A DNA stretch of 64,000 nt from an uncultured Candidatus Saccharibacteria bacterium (GTDB lineage Bacteria > Patescibacteriota > WWE3 > CAZQFB01). Location of the stretch: contig CAZQFB010000001.1 in the NCBI GenBank assembly GCA_964592525.1, forward strand, positions 212,413-276,412, read 5' to 3'. A program made the position numbers and the translations under genes. Shown piece by piece: positions 38,874 through 49,821 of this stretch (position 1 is its first letter; every line of letters begins with the position of its first letter). The notes under the pieces were generated by a model. The model did no database searches. It worked only from the letters and a program-made list of their open reading frames with translations, and was not told the DNA's origin.

Positions 38874-39998
38874 TCAAATGCGTTTGGAGAGGTTTTGCCA
38901 AGAGTAATAATTGGCAATGTACTCTCTATTTACAGGGGAGTTAATGTCTTCCTCTACAGCTAGCTTCAAGCTTAAAGGATCAACTTGCTTCAGAAGATGT
39001 AAACCCTCAAGATCTTGTTGGGGTTTGAAACCTGATGCCACTACAGGTACTCCACAAGCGAGAGCCTCCAGGACTACTTTGGGAAAACCCTCATACGAGG
39101 AGGGTAGGAGCAAAATATCCGCCGTGCGATAGTAGTCTGCCAAGGGGTATGGAACATAACCGGCAAAGCGTACTCTCTGCTCTAATCCTTTATCCTCCAC
39201 CAGGGTTTTGAGTTTCATTTCATAATCCTTGTTGCCACTACCCACGATGAGTAACTTGTAGTGGGGCTCAAGATCCGTGAGGGTTTCAAGTGCCACCTCC
39301 AGACCCTTTCTTTCGTTTAAAGTGCCCACATAAAGAAGGATGCGATCATTTTCCATATAACCCAGCTCTCGCTTTAAGTTTTTGCCCTGGGGGTTAAAGG
39401 TATGGGGATTGACACCATTTTCCAGCACGGTGATGTGCTCTTCCGTAACTTTGTAATAATTAATCGCTTCCTCTTTAATGTTTTCTCCGGTGACAAAGAT
39501 CTTATCTGCCACCTTGCAACCTAAACGGTCGGAAAGCTCGTGCAGAGGCCATTCAAACCACTTTTCCAGAAAAGAGACTCTATCTCCCTTGAGTTTGGCT
39601 TGTTCTTTTCTACCCCTAGCGGTGACGTGCAAAAAGAAATAGTAGGGGGTTTTCCTAAAAGGTCTAAATAGAAATCTAATTCGGTGGTAACAGGCAGGTA
39701 AATGGCCATGACCCTGGATTAGATCATAGTGACCAAAGAGCAGTTCTTTGATGATGATGATTAAAGCGAGGGGGGCGGTGGTGATGAGCATGGTATGAGG
39801 AATAATTTCCCTGGGGATTCTAATTAGTCTCAAGCCTTCAGGTAAAGGAGGAAGTTTGGGTTTGGCTTTTGGCCAGTGACCACAAATCACCGTGACCTGG
39901 TGCCCCTGCTCAACCTGGGCTAGTGAAAGCTCATATGGAAATGGCGCTAAACCATTCCAAGGAGGTGGGAAGTCATAAATTATTCTTAAAATCTTCAT
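38874..39998 (-). CDS. GT4 glycosyltransferase
   Basis: ENGV, ERKG and EGFPKVVLEALACG motifs. Confidence 0.9.
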   Translation of the reverse strand: MKILRIIYDFPPPWNGLAPFPYELSLAQVEQGHQVTVICGHWPKAKPKLPPLPEGLRLIRIPREIIPHTMLITTAPLALIIIIKELLFGHYDLIQGHGHLPACYHRIRFLFRPFRKTPYYFFLHVTARGRKEQAKLKGDRVSFLEKWFEWPLHELSDRLGCKVADKIFVTGENIKEEAINYYKVTEEHITVLENGVNPHTFNPQGKNLKRELGYMENDRILLYVGTLNERKGLEVALETLTDLEPHYKLLIVGSGNKDYEMKLKTLVEDKGLEQRVRFAGYVPYPLADYYRTADILLLPSSYEGFPKVVLEALACGVPVVASGFKPQQDLEGLHLLKQVDPLSLKLAVEEDINSPVNREYIANYYSWQNLSKRI

Positions 39999-40044
39999 CT
40001 ATTTGGCAGTATAGCATCCGCAAGGGATGCTACAATATCTGTGT

Positions 40045-41241
40045 ATGACTACGCACAACATAGTATGCCTTTCGACCCAGCTTTGGGATGATCCCATGTG
40101 GACCAACAAACAGCACGTCATGAGCCGTTTGGCCAAAAGGGGTCATAAAATTATGTATGTTGATCCTCTCATCAGGATTAGGATGCTAGCCAGTAACATG
40201 GTCTTCAAAAGGAGATATTCTCCTAAAAGGCTTTTCACCTTTAAAAAAGAAGTAGAGAATAATCTCACAGTTTTATCTCCCGTGAAGTTTCTCTTTTCAA
40301 AAGAGAGGGAAAGAAGATTTAATTTGAAATTGATTAATAGAACAATCAGTCAGTCTGCAATCAATAAACCCATTCTCTGGGTTTATGATCCCGATTTTGC
40401 TGATTATGTGGAGCAGATACCCCATCAACTACTTATATATGATTGTGTGGATGATTACTCAAACATGCCCCAGGAACGTTACCCCGATAACAAAAAAGCA
40501 GAGATCATTGAAAAGGAGAAGAAGCTTATTAAAAGAGCAGATTTGGTTTTTGCCACTTCGCCTTTTCTTTATAAATTAAGAAAAGAGCAAAACCCAAATA
40601 CTTACTACACTCCCAATGTGGCGGATTTTGAGCATAACAGCCAAGCTCTTAAAGAAACGTTAGCCGTACCTGAAGAAATCAAAGATTTAGCCAAACCAAT
40701 CATAGGTTTTCAAGGTAATCTTTCTGCCTATAAATTTGATTTTGATTTGCTTGAAGCCGTTATCGCTAGTCACCCAGAATGGTCCTTTGTGTTTATTGGG
40801 CCGGTGGAAACCAGTAAAACCCTGACCGATACCTCTCGTAACACTCAAGTAGCTAAGCTGGAAAAACATGAAAACACACACTTTTTAGGTGTCCAACCTT
40901 ATGAACGATTACCCGCCTTTTACAAAGCTTTTGATGTCGCTATCATGCCCAATAAACAAAATGATTATAACCGCAGTTCATTTCCGCTTAAATTTTTTGA
41001 GTTTCTAGGAGCTGGTTTACCGGTGGTAATGACAAAATTACCTGCTTTGGCAGAATTTTATAATACTTCTGGAGTCTATGTTTCCGTTAGTGTGCAAGAT
41101 TTTATTAGGAACTTAGAGGAAGCTGTAACTAAAGGTCGCGCTTTTAGTCAAGAGGATAGATTGGTGCTCGCTAAACAGTACTCCTGGGAAAGTAAGATAG
41201 ATACTATGATAGCTTTGATTGAGGAAAGACTTAATAAATGA
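40045..41241 (+). CDS. GT-B glycosyltransferase (TuaH-like)
   Basis: W..KQH.M.RLA, YDCVDD and PLKFFEFL.AGLPVV motifs. Confidence 0.85.
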   Translation: MTTHNIVCLSTQLWDDPMWTNKQHVMSRLAKRGHKIMYVDPLIRIRMLASNMVFKRRYSPKRLFTFKKEVENNLTVLSPVKFLFSKERERRFNLKLINRTISQSAINKPILWVYDPDFADYVEQIPHQLLIYDCVDDYSNMPQERYPDNKKAEIIEKEKKLIKRADLVFATSPFLYKLRKEQNPNTYYTPNVADFEHNSQALKETLAVPEEIKDLAKPIIGFQGNLSAYKFDFDLLEAVIASHPEWSFVFIGPVETSKTLTDTSRNTQVAKLEKHENTHFLGVQPYERLPAFYKAFDVAIMPNKQNDYNRSSFPLKFFEFLGAGLPVVMTKLPALAEFYNTSGVYVSVSVQDFIRNLEEAVTKGRAFSQEDRLVLAKQYSWESKIDTMIALIEERLNK

Positions 41242-42470
41242 TTTCGGATAAAGTTCAAAAAATACTGGTCATACTGCTTCTTGTTATTATGGGCGTGTAC
41301 TTGTGTTGGATGATTTTGGCTGGCTTTTTAAACCAGGGGGTGTCGGACTTTGCCACTTATTATCATGCTACAACTTTCGCACTGGCAGAGGATTGGAGGA
41401 ATCCTTACAGCAATCTTGCTCCTTTTCCTCCTTACTATTACCCACCACCGTCAATTCTGCTCTTTGCACCACTTACTTGGATGGATCGGACCATAGCTAA
41501 AACCGTTTTCTCCTCATTATCTGTGGTGGTCATGTTTTTATCGGTGTGGTTGATCATTAAGTTGAGAGGCGAGTCTCTAAGTGATCTACAAAAAACTATC
41601 TGTTACGCGATACCTGTCTTTTTCTACCCCTTCTGGTTTACTGTGGACGATGGTCAAGTAAACGCCTATCTCCTGTTATTGATCACCCTAACCTACTATT
41701 TTTATGAAAAAAATCGGGGGGTACTATCCGGGATGTTCCTTTCCCTTGCTATTCTTTTCAAAATAACCCCAGCGCTGATGGCTGTTTATTTATTGTTTAA
41801 GAAAAAGTACAAGATCATTTTGGTGGGTGGCTTGGTGTTTATTGTGCTGACTGTTGCCTCCGAGATGAGGTTGAAACCAGGGATAAATTGGATGTATTGG
41901 CGGTACATTGTTAATGATGTTTCGGCGCAAGGCGGTCCTGGTTATCGAGATCAGTCTCTTAATTCTTTTATTATGGAAACTGGGATAGTTGAATATCTCT
42001 GGGAAAATAAATTAAGGTATTTGTCTTTGCCCTCAAAAGTTGATGAACACGTGGTGACCAACCTGGTTAATTATGCCATTGTGGGGGTACTTTCACTATT
42101 TATATTTTTCAAATCTATTAAAGAGAAGGTGACCGAAACTTCAACTATTATTTATGAGTATTCCTTGCTGACTATTATTGCTGTAGTTGGGTCTGGGTTA
42201 ACCTGGTATCACCAATATACCATGCTCCTATTTCCATTTTTAATAGCGGTGATTGCAGTGATGAGAATGATCCCGTCCAAGAGACGCGTGATTTTAACTT
42301 TTATTCTTGCCGTGGCTTATGTCTTAATGGCAGTTAGTTTAGAAAGGCAAATCAATGTTGCTGATAGGTTGGTTGATTTTCAAAGGGGTGTGATGTTTTA
42401 TGGGGCTGTTTTAACGGCTTTAGTTCTGGGGTACTTTAGATATAGCCCTAGTTTTAAGGAGAGAAAATGA
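41238..42470 (+). CDS. GT87-family GT-C glycosyltransferase
   Basis: DF.TYY, YPP, GQVN, KITP, DQSL and WYHQ motifs. Confidence 0.85.
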   Translation: MISDKVQKILVILLLVIMGVYLCWMILAGFLNQGVSDFATYYHATTFALAEDWRNPYSNLAPFPPYYYPPPSILLFAPLTWMDRTIAKTVFSSLSVVVMFLSVWLIIKLRGESLSDLQKTICYAIPVFFYPFWFTVDDGQVNAYLLLLITLTYYFYEKNRGVLSGMFLSLAILFKITPALMAVYLLFKKKYKIILVGGLVFIVLTVASEMRLKPGINWMYWRYIVNDVSAQGGPGYRDQSLNSFIMETGIVEYLWENKLRYLSLPSKVDEHVVTNLVNYAIVGVLSLFIFFKSIKEKVTETSTIIYEYSLLTIIAVVGSGLTWYHQYTMLLFPFLIAVIAVMRMIPSKRRVILTFILAVAYVLMAVSLERQINVADRLVDFQRGVMFYGAVLTALVLGYFRYSPSFKERK

Positions 42471-43615
42471 AAATTGCTTATGTCCTTAATTCCGGTAACG
42501 TAGGAGGTGCCGAGAAACATGTTTTGGATTTAGTTGAGGGATTTAGTCATGATAATGAGGTAGTGGTGGTATGTCCTGAAGGGGAGATGGTTAATAAATA
42601 TAAACTGGCTGGGGCGGATGTTATCATTGACAAACCCTCTTTTGACATTGATATCTTCTATATTTTCAGACTGAAGAGGTTACTTGTATCCAGGTCAATA
42701 GATATTGCTCATCTACATCAGCTCAAGACAGTAATAAATGGGTTGATCTCGGCTAGTCTAGCTCAAACTAAGGTTAAGATTGCACATATCCACTCTCCCC
42801 TTTCTAAGTGGCAAATCCCTTTATATAAAAAGATATTGGATCTATTGATGAACTTCCTGGTGGTAAATCTGCTGGCGGATGTTGTGATAGCCCTTACCGA
42901 GGAAACAAAGCAGGAAAGGATGCGGGGTGAACATATTCGCGAAGATTTGATCAGAGTCATTCCCAACGGAGTGACAATTGAAAAGATAAAGCCTCAAGCG
43001 CACGATATGGAAGAGGCAGGAGTGTGGTTGAGAAAGAAGTACCAGCTAAATAAAGAGTATTTAGTTGGTACCTTAAGTAGATTAACGGAAGAGAAAGGGA
43101 CGGATGTATTCATAAAGGCTATTTCAAGAATGCCTGCTTTGGATGAGAATCTGTATCGAAATTGTCATTTTTTTATTGCTGGGGAGGGTCATTTACGGGG
43201 TGAGTTGGAGAAGTTGGTCAAATCAACAAACCTTGAAAGTATGGTGACTTTTCTTGGCTTTCTTTCAGAGGATGACCATGCAAAGTATTTTAAGTCCTTG
43301 AATCTTTTTGTTTTTCCTACTCTCCATGAGGGTTTTGGGCTTGTTTTAGCCGAAGCGATGGCTTATGGGGTGGCTACCCTTTCCTCGGATCTCCCTGTCC
43401 TTAAGGAAATTACCAACGCTGGTCGATTTGGCAAACACTTTGCGCGGGGCAGTGAGGATGATTTGGCAGAAAAGATGATTTCACAGCTTAAGGGTGAAGA
43501 AGGCGATAGCGCTACGATCCTAGCGGCTCAACAATGGATCAAGCAAAACTACTCCAAAGAACTTTTTATAAGTAGGTATAGGAAGTTATATCAGGAGGCA
43601 TTGGGTAATAAATGA
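42467..43615 (+). CDS. GT4 glycosyltransferase
   Basis: GGAE, RL..EKG and EGFGLVLAEAMA motifs. Confidence 0.9.
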   Translation: MKIAYVLNSGNVGGAEKHVLDLVEGFSHDNEVVVVCPEGEMVNKYKLAGADVIIDKPSFDIDIFYIFRLKRLLVSRSIDIAHLHQLKTVINGLISASLAQTKVKIAHIHSPLSKWQIPLYKKILDLLMNFLVVNLLADVVIALTEETKQERMRGEHIREDLIRVIPNGVTIEKIKPQAHDMEEAGVWLRKKYQLNKEYLVGTLSRLTEEKGTDVFIKAISRMPALDENLYRNCHFFIAGEGHLRGELEKLVKSTNLESMVTFLGFLSEDDHAKYFKSLNLFVFPTLHEGFGLVLAEAMAYGVATLSSDLPVLKEITNAGRFGKHFARGSEDDLAEKMISQLKGEEGDSATILAAQQWIKQNYSKELFISRYRKLYQEALGNK

Positions 43616-44754
43616 AGGTAGTTATTCCACTTAGAGTGGATGCTTATGATAAGCCAGGTGGTGATGTAGTTCACGCGGAAAAGATCATGGCTTCTTTAAC
43701 GAAACTAGGTGTTGAGGTGGCCATGACTACTGACTTAAAGCCAGATTTATCTGGGGTAGATCTGGTCCATCTTTTTAACATGGATTGGGTTAGAGATCCC
43801 TTAATGCAAGCTAGACATGCCTATCGGTACCAGGTGCCAATTGTGCTCACCCCAATCCACCACTCCTTTAGGGAGATAGATGGCTTTGAAAGACAGGAGA
43901 GATATGGTTTGAGAAGGCTGACTAATATTGTCCTAAGGTCTTATGAACAACGTGAAACAGCCAAAAACATTTACCGTGCCTTTGTTGAGTTGGATCGGCG
44001 CAAATGGTGGGGTACTCTTGGTCTACTTAAGCAGGGTCTAACAGCACAATATCAGGAGCTGTTATCTCTAGCTACGGTTGTCATGCCTAATACCTATTTG
44101 GAGGAGGCAGAGCTGGAGCGGGAATTTGGGGTGGAGATGGAGACAGTAGTAGTACCGGCAGGAGTTGATCCAAACTTTTTAAACGCTACGGCTGATTGGT
44201 TAAACCACAATTATCCCGAGGTACTTGCTCGCTTGGGTTCTGATTTTGTGGCGATGGTGGGACGGATTGAACCGCGTAAAAATCAATTAAGAGTGATTGA
44301 AGCCTTAGCGGTGGCAAAGATACCCTTGTTACTAGTAGGCGATTTCAACCCCCATCATTTTGAATATAGTTGGCGAGTTCAGCAGGCGTTGTTAAAAAAT
44401 AAGCAAACAGTACATTTGGAGAGTATTCCTCATCAGCATATCGGTTCGGTTTATGCCTCCTGCAAAGTCCATCTGTTAGCTAGTTGGTTTGAAACGACTG
44501 GTTTAGTTAATTTAGAAGCGGCTTTGGCTGGGGCAACGGTGGTGTCCACAAACAAAGGTTTTGGTAAAGAGTATCTGGCACAGCAAGCAATTTTAGTTGA
44601 TCCTGCTAGGTCTGAATCTATTTTGTGTGGGGTTGAAAAAGGGTTACGGGAGGGGCGTAATGACAAATTGCAGGCGCATATTTTGCAAAATTACACTTGG
44701 GATATTGTGGGCGAACAAACTTTAGCGGTGTACCAAAAAGTATTAAAGAAGTAG
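43612..44754 (+). CDS. GT4 glycosyltransferase
   Basis: GGD, GRIEPRKNQL and ETTGLVNLEAA motifs. Confidence 0.9.
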   Translation: MKVVIPLRVDAYDKPGGDVVHAEKIMASLTKLGVEVAMTTDLKPDLSGVDLVHLFNMDWVRDPLMQARHAYRYQVPIVLTPIHHSFREIDGFERQERYGLRRLTNIVLRSYEQRETAKNIYRAFVELDRRKWWGTLGLLKQGLTAQYQELLSLATVVMPNTYLEEAELEREFGVEMETVVVPAGVDPNFLNATADWLNHNYPEVLARLGSDFVAMVGRIEPRKNQLRVIEALAVAKIPLLLVGDFNPHHFEYSWRVQQALLKNKQTVHLESIPHQHIGSVYASCKVHLLASWFETTGLVNLEAALAGATVVSTNKGFGKEYLAQQAILVDPARSESILCGVEKGLREGRNDKLQAHILQNYTWDIVGEQTLAVYQKVLKK

Positions 44755-44765
44755 TATAAAGAATA

Positions 44766-47555
44766 ATGGAACTAGCCTTTTTAACCTTACTTTTTTGTTG
44801 CCTAGCACTATACATTACCTCTCGTGATCTCAAGTGGGGGTTAGTGTTATTGGTGCTAACTCTCCCCTTAAATAATCGCTTGATGTTTGATTTATTTATT
44901 TCTCAACAACTATTACCGGTTAGGTTAGTTTTGGTAGCTGTGCTGATAGTGCTGCTTAAGAACACATGGCTTGCATACCACCCATTCTCTGTGAAAGAAA
45001 GGTGGTCTTCTCTACTTAAAATGGGGCGACAAGACCCATTTCTATTTTTACTGATAAGTTTGTTGGGGGTGCGGGTTTTGTCTTTAATCAATGTGATTAA
45101 CTTTAAATTTTCTTTAACCTTTATGGTTTTTTATCTGGCGATGATTGGCATGTATTTGGTGATGAAGTATGTTTATGCTCGTGAGGGGCGCGAATTTTTC
45201 TACCAACTTTTCCAACTTCATGCTGGGGTGGTGGTAGCTACGAGTTTGTTTAGTGTGGTGCAATTTTTCTTTTTTAAAGGTATTGGTAGAGTGTTGCCGG
45301 GAGTCTGGCCTTCCACCACCGAACCGACTAGGTTTGGGTCAACTTTTTGGGATATTAATCACTATGCTCCCTATGTAGGTAGTGTGATTCCTTATTTCTT
45401 GATAAGGCTGATTGCTGCTAAGACTAATAAGGAACGAGTATTATTTGGTTTTTGTTTTGGGCTGACTAATATCAGCTTGCTGATGACGTTGTCTCGAAGT
45501 GGTTGGTTAGGTTATGCTTTTGGGCTCGGTGTCTTTGGTTTGTTGCTGATAATCAGAAAGATGTGGCGTGGTTTTTCTTGGTATTTAGCTGCCATGATAT
45601 TGATTATGCTAGCCGCTTTAGCAGGGGATATGTACTTCAACCATCCGATCTCAAGAAGGATAAAATCCTTAGGTACTAATGTTTACAACGAATCTTTTAA
45701 TGCGCACCAAATTCTGAATAAAGGTCATTTTGAGTTGTTCTCTAGACATCCGGTGATTGGTTCTGGGTATGGTAACTTTAGTGACCAGTTTAGAACTACC
45801 CCACATGCGGCTAAATATTTTGAGATTGATCCGGTTGCAGAAGTGCGTTTGCCTTCTCATAGTGTCTGGTTAGAAATAATGTCTGAAACAGGGATGCTGG
45901 GATTAACCACATTTTTGGTCTTAGTGGCTTATGTTTTTAGACGGTTATTTTTAGCGATGAACACTAGTGAAGAGAAGTGGCGCTATCTAGGTGTAGCGCT
46001 GTTTGCCTCAATTGCTGGCATGTTATTTTCTTCTCTTTTTTACCACTATAACCTGGAGTATTTCTGGCTGATAATTTTCCTAGCGGTCTTTGTGGCGCGC
46101 AGTGTGTTGCCCACCGAACAGTATCAACCTCAAGATTACTTGGTCACCTTTTTACTGGTTGGTTTAGCCACTGCCATGATTTTTCCACAGCTGGGTAAGA
46201 ACGCTCTTATTGACTGGGATGAATCCATTTATGCACAAGTCGCCAAAAATATTGCTCGCTTTCGTGATCCGATCACCCTGCGTTGGCATTTAGAGAAATA
46301 TTGGTTTGAAAAGCCTCCGCTCTATTTTTGGTTCACAGCAGCGCTTTACTTGGTTCATGAGGTGTCTGAATTTTCAGCTCGCTTTTGGTCCGCACTGTCT
46401 GGTGTTTTGGGGGTAGTGCTCGTCTATTTTTTTGGTCGTGACTTAGCAGGTAGAGCTGTTGGGTTGGCTTCGGCACTGACCTTGCTCTCTACTGTTCATT
46501 GGTTGTTCCAGTCAAGAAATGGCACTTTAGATGTGATGGCAGCAACTTGTATAGTGGCCACACTTTGGTTGTTTTACCGAGCACGGACGCGGTTGAGGGA
46601 CTGGTGGTTGGTGGGAGTTGGTTTGGGTCTGACCTTGATGGTTAAAGGAGCCGTGGCAGCGGTTCCTTTATTGATTATGGTTATATTTGGGGGATATGAA
46701 TATTTTCTGCAGCAGAAAAAAAATTACTACCCCTGCCGACAGCTTTTTGTAAGAATACTGGTGCCTTTCAGTGTGCTTGTCTTACCCTGGCATATCGCTG
46801 TTATCTGGCTTCATGGTCGGCAATTTATTGATTCGTACTTTTTTTATCATGTTCTGCAACGATCAACCACTGGTATTGAGCAACATGGTCATTCTTTTTT
46901 CTGGTATTTGATTGTCATTAAAGTGTGGGCTAGACATAATTTTGTACTGCTGCTTGGCTCTTTAGCCTTACTGTTTACAAGTTGGCTGAAAAAAAGGCGC
47001 CGTGGTCTAAAAGCAAATACGCCAGAAGTGTTTTTGATTTTATATTTACTAGTAGCGTGGCTGATATTTTCCCTTTCGGCTTCAAAGATTCAGTGGTACA
47101 TTATGCCCTTGTATCCAGCGATGTCTTTAATTGTGGGTTATAGTTTGGTAATACTGTTTAGGTGGTTACCTTTGAAAAGGTTTATACCCATATTATTAAT
47201 GGTCTTGACTTTAAGTGTGCCTTTTTTTAAAGATCGTTATCAGTCACTATGGAATCTGGAAGATGCTTGGCGAGGCGTTGCCGAAGTTGTGCCTCATCTT
47301 AAGTATGAAGCGCGAAAAGTCTCCTCGCCGCGACTGTTAATAATTGATATGTCTCCAGGTCCGGCAATGTTTTACAGCCCCCATCCAACGGAAACAGGTA
47401 ACTTTTCAACGTTGGTTAAAGCGGCGGAAAGTGAGAACTCTTTCTTTGCCGTTGCTAGAGTAGGGCAAGCCGAAGATCTGATAAAGCTTTATCCGGAAAG
47501 GAAGGTTAAAATATATAAACAGTCTGAAGATTTTGCGCTGCTGGGTAGATGGTAA
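44766..47555 (+). CDS. Fusion: O-antigen ligase/Wzy_C domain plus ArnT/PMT GT-C domain
   Basis: N-half TLSRSGW, HP.IGSG.GNF and HS.WLE..SETG..G; C-half DWDESIYA, FEKPPL and ARFWSA. Confidence 0.8.
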   Translation: MELAFLTLLFCCLALYITSRDLKWGLVLLVLTLPLNNRLMFDLFISQQLLPVRLVLVAVLIVLLKNTWLAYHPFSVKERWSSLLKMGRQDPFLFLLISLLGVRVLSLINVINFKFSLTFMVFYLAMIGMYLVMKYVYAREGREFFYQLFQLHAGVVVATSLFSVVQFFFFKGIGRVLPGVWPSTTEPTRFGSTFWDINHYAPYVGSVIPYFLIRLIAAKTNKERVLFGFCFGLTNISLLMTLSRSGWLGYAFGLGVFGLLLIIRKMWRGFSWYLAAMILIMLAALAGDMYFNHPISRRIKSLGTNVYNESFNAHQILNKGHFELFSRHPVIGSGYGNFSDQFRTTPHAAKYFEIDPVAEVRLPSHSVWLEIMSETGMLGLTTFLVLVAYVFRRLFLAMNTSEEKWRYLGVALFASIAGMLFSSLFYHYNLEYFWLIIFLAVFVARSVLPTEQYQPQDYLVTFLLVGLATAMIFPQLGKNALIDWDESIYAQVAKNIARFRDPITLRWHLEKYWFEKPPLYFWFTAALYLVHEVSEFSARFWSALSGVLGVVLVYFFGRDLAGRAVGLASALTLLSTVHWLFQSRNGTLDVMAATCIVATLWLFYRARTRLRDWWLVGVGLGLTLMVKGAVAAVPLLIMVIFGGYEYFLQQKKNYYPCRQLFVRILVPFSVLVLPWHIAVIWLHGRQFIDSYFFYHVLQRSTTGIEQHGHSFFWYLIVIKVWARHNFVLLLGSLALLFTSWLKKRRRGLKANTPEVFLILYLLVAWLIFSLSASKIQWYIMPLYPAMSLIVGYSLVILFRWLPLKRFIPILLMVLTLSVPFFKDRYQSLWNLEDAWRGVAEVVPHLKYEARKVSSPRLLIIDMSPGPAMFYSPHPTETGNFSTLVKAAESENSFFAVARVGQAEDLIKLYPERKVKIYKQSEDFALLGRW

Positions 47556-47588
47556 GTTGGTTATAAGTTATTAGGTGTTAACTAGAGG

Positions 47589-48467
47589 ATGAAATTAAGT
47601 ATTATCACAGTTACCTACAACGTAGAAAGTGTGCTTGACGGTTATCTTAAATCGCTGGAGCAGAGTGAAGTCGGCTTAGGTCTATTGGCGGGGGAAGTGC
47701 TTGTAGTGGATAATGCCTCCGAGGATAATACGGTTGCACAGCTTAAAAAGTCTGCTGTACCGATAAAGATAATATGTTCAAAAGAAAATTTGGGTTTTTC
47801 CGCCGCTAATAATTTAGGGTTAAAAGAAGCTTGTGGCGAAAACCTCCTTTTCTTGAATCCAGATACGGAGTTTAAAGCAGGGGTGCTCACTACTCTCCTT
47901 GAGTACCTTGATGCTCACGAAGAGGTGGGTGCTGTTACACCACGAGTTTTGCTCCCCGATGGTCAAGATGACTTAAATACGCGTCGTAATTTTCCTACCC
48001 CCCTGTCAGCCCTTCAGCACTTTTTACATTTACCAGGCAGTGATTACTACATCACTAAAGAGCCAACACAAGAACAAGCGGTACCAGCTATTGGGGGTGC
48101 TTTTTTAATGGCTAAACAAGCGGTGGTGACAAAAGTTGGCTCCTGGGATGAGGATTTTTTCCTGTACGGAGAGGATTTGGATTATTGTTATCGTATCAAT
48201 GAAGCGGGTTATAAAATTATGTATGTACCTGCAGTGCAAATAACCCATTTGGGTGGGGTTAGTACGGGGATCAAAAAGAGTGGGGAGCGTTGGTCAAAAG
48301 CAAGCAAAAAACAAAAAAGAGCGATGGCTAAGTACTCTGTGGAGGCAATGGCGCTTTTTTACCAAAAACATCTAGCTAATAAACACAACTTGATCATCAA
48401 TGCTTTAGTGGCGTTTGGTTTTCGCGTTCTGTGTATGGTGCGTGTTCTTCAATTTTCTCTGAAGTGA
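47589..48467 (+). CDS. GT2 glycosyltransferase (WbbL-like)
   Basis: VDNAS.D, NLGF..ANN, LNPDT and DE.FFLYGEDLD motifs. Confidence 0.9.
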   Translation: MKLSIITVTYNVESVLDGYLKSLEQSEVGLGLLAGEVLVVDNASEDNTVAQLKKSAVPIKIICSKENLGFSAANNLGLKEACGENLLFLNPDTEFKAGVLTTLLEYLDAHEEVGAVTPRVLLPDGQDDLNTRRNFPTPLSALQHFLHLPGSDYYITKEPTQEQAVPAIGGAFLMAKQAVVTKVGSWDEDFFLYGEDLDYCYRINEAGYKIMYVPAVQITHLGGVSTGIKKSGERWSKASKKQKRAMAKYSVEAMALFYQKHLANKHNLIINALVAFGFRVLCMVRVLQFSLK

Positions 48468-48696
48468 ACCAGACAAAATTACTACTACTTGAGGAAAAGC
48501 ATCCTCTCTCTAGTGTCGCTTCTGTTAGCGCGTATGGGGATTTTGGTAAGGTTAGAGCTCGGGTGCGCAAGTAATATTTGCGTCGGGGTGTTTAGCTAGG
48601 CTGCTAAGCCAAGACAGCTCTTGTACGGTGAGGTTATGCAACTGCTTAAACAAATGTGTCATGTAAGTATGACAGCTAATGTCTTATAATAACCCC

Positions 48697-49821
48697 ATGA
48701 AGATTGCGATTGATGCTAGGTTCTGGGGACCTCGCCAGACCGGTTTGGGTCGTTATACGGAAAATCTGGTTCGGGCGCTTGCCAAACTGAAAAGCGACCA
48801 CCAATTTACTCTTTTTGTAGAACAGGACACCTTGGCTGAAATAACAGCTTTACCAGCTAACTTTCAGTTAGCCAAACTGACAGTTAAGCACCATACCGCT
48901 AGGGAGCAATTAAGTGTTTCGATGGCGATTAATCAGGGTCACTATGATCTAGTACACTTTCCTCATTATATTGTGCCTTTGCTTAACCTCCGCACTCCCT
49001 TTGTAATTACGATGCATGATCTAATTAAATTGAAATATCCCGGTTCAGCAGCTACCACCTTACCACCTTTAATGTACCACCTTAAAAATGTTTTTTATCG
49101 TTTGGATAACTGGTGGGCAGTCAACCATAGCCAGCATATCATTACTGATACCCAAGTAGTTAAAAATGATTTAATCTCTTTTTTCTCCATACCCCCCGAA
49201 AAAATCACCCCAATCCCCCTTGGCATTGATGATAGTATTAAATTATCTACTGCCAGGGAGGTTGTTTTGGCTAAATATGCTCTGCACGCGAAAAAGTATT
49301 TGTTATTTGTGGGTAATGCCTATCCTTATAAAAATGTGGAGACCTTGATTTTGGCTGTTAAAAACTGCCCCGCTGATTTAGAACTAGTGTTAGTGGGGGC
49401 GAGAGATAGTTTTCAAGAACGTTTGTCTGTTTTAGCTAAGGAAACTGGGGTAAGTCATAAGGTTAAACAGCTTGGTTTTGTTAGTGATGGGGAGCTGGCG
49501 GTTTTGTATTCAGCTGCTTATGCCTATGTCTCTTTAAGTTTGGAAGAAGGGTTTGGTCTACAACCTTTAGAAGCTATGCTTCATGGTTGTCCCGTAATTT
49601 TATCTGATATTCCGGTATACCGGGAAGTTTGTGGCGAGGCAGCACTTTATGCACCCCCACAAAACGCACGCGCTTTTTTAGTACAAGTGCAAATCTTAGC
49701 TGATCCCGCGGTCAGAAAAAAACTAATCACTAAAGGGGCTGAACAAGTGAAGCAGTACCGCTGGAGCAAAACCGCAGCGGCGACTTTAGCTGTTTATAAC
49801 GACATTCTGCAATGCGTATAG
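48697..49821 (+). CDS. GT4 glycosyltransferase (MtfB-like)
   Basis: IDAR, TG.GRY, T.HDL and EGFGL.PLEAM motifs. Confidence 0.9.
   Translation: MKIAIDARFWGPRQTGLGRYTENLVRALAKLKSDHQFTLFVEQDTLAEITALPANFQLAKLTVKHHTAREQLSVSMAINQGHYDLVHFPHYIVPLLNLRTPFVITMHDLIKLKYPGSAATTLPPLMYHLKNVFYRLDNWWAVNHSQHIITDTQVVKNDLISFFSIPPEKITPIPLGIDDSIKLSTAREVVLAKYALHAKKYLLFVGNAYPYKNVETLILAVKNCPADLELVLVGARDSFQERLSVLAKETGVSHKVKQLGFVSDGELAVLYSAAYAYVSLSLEEGFGLQPLEAMLHGCPVILSDIPVYREVCGEAALYAPPQNARAFLVQVQILADPAVRKKLITKGAEQVKQYRWSKTAAATLAVYNDILQCV

Noticed and set aside
48468-48690. Intergenic gap with a 36-codon minus-strand ORF and a small hairpin; considered as tmRNA or small protein
   Set aside because: No tRNA-like domain, convincing tag peptide or translation signal is visible.
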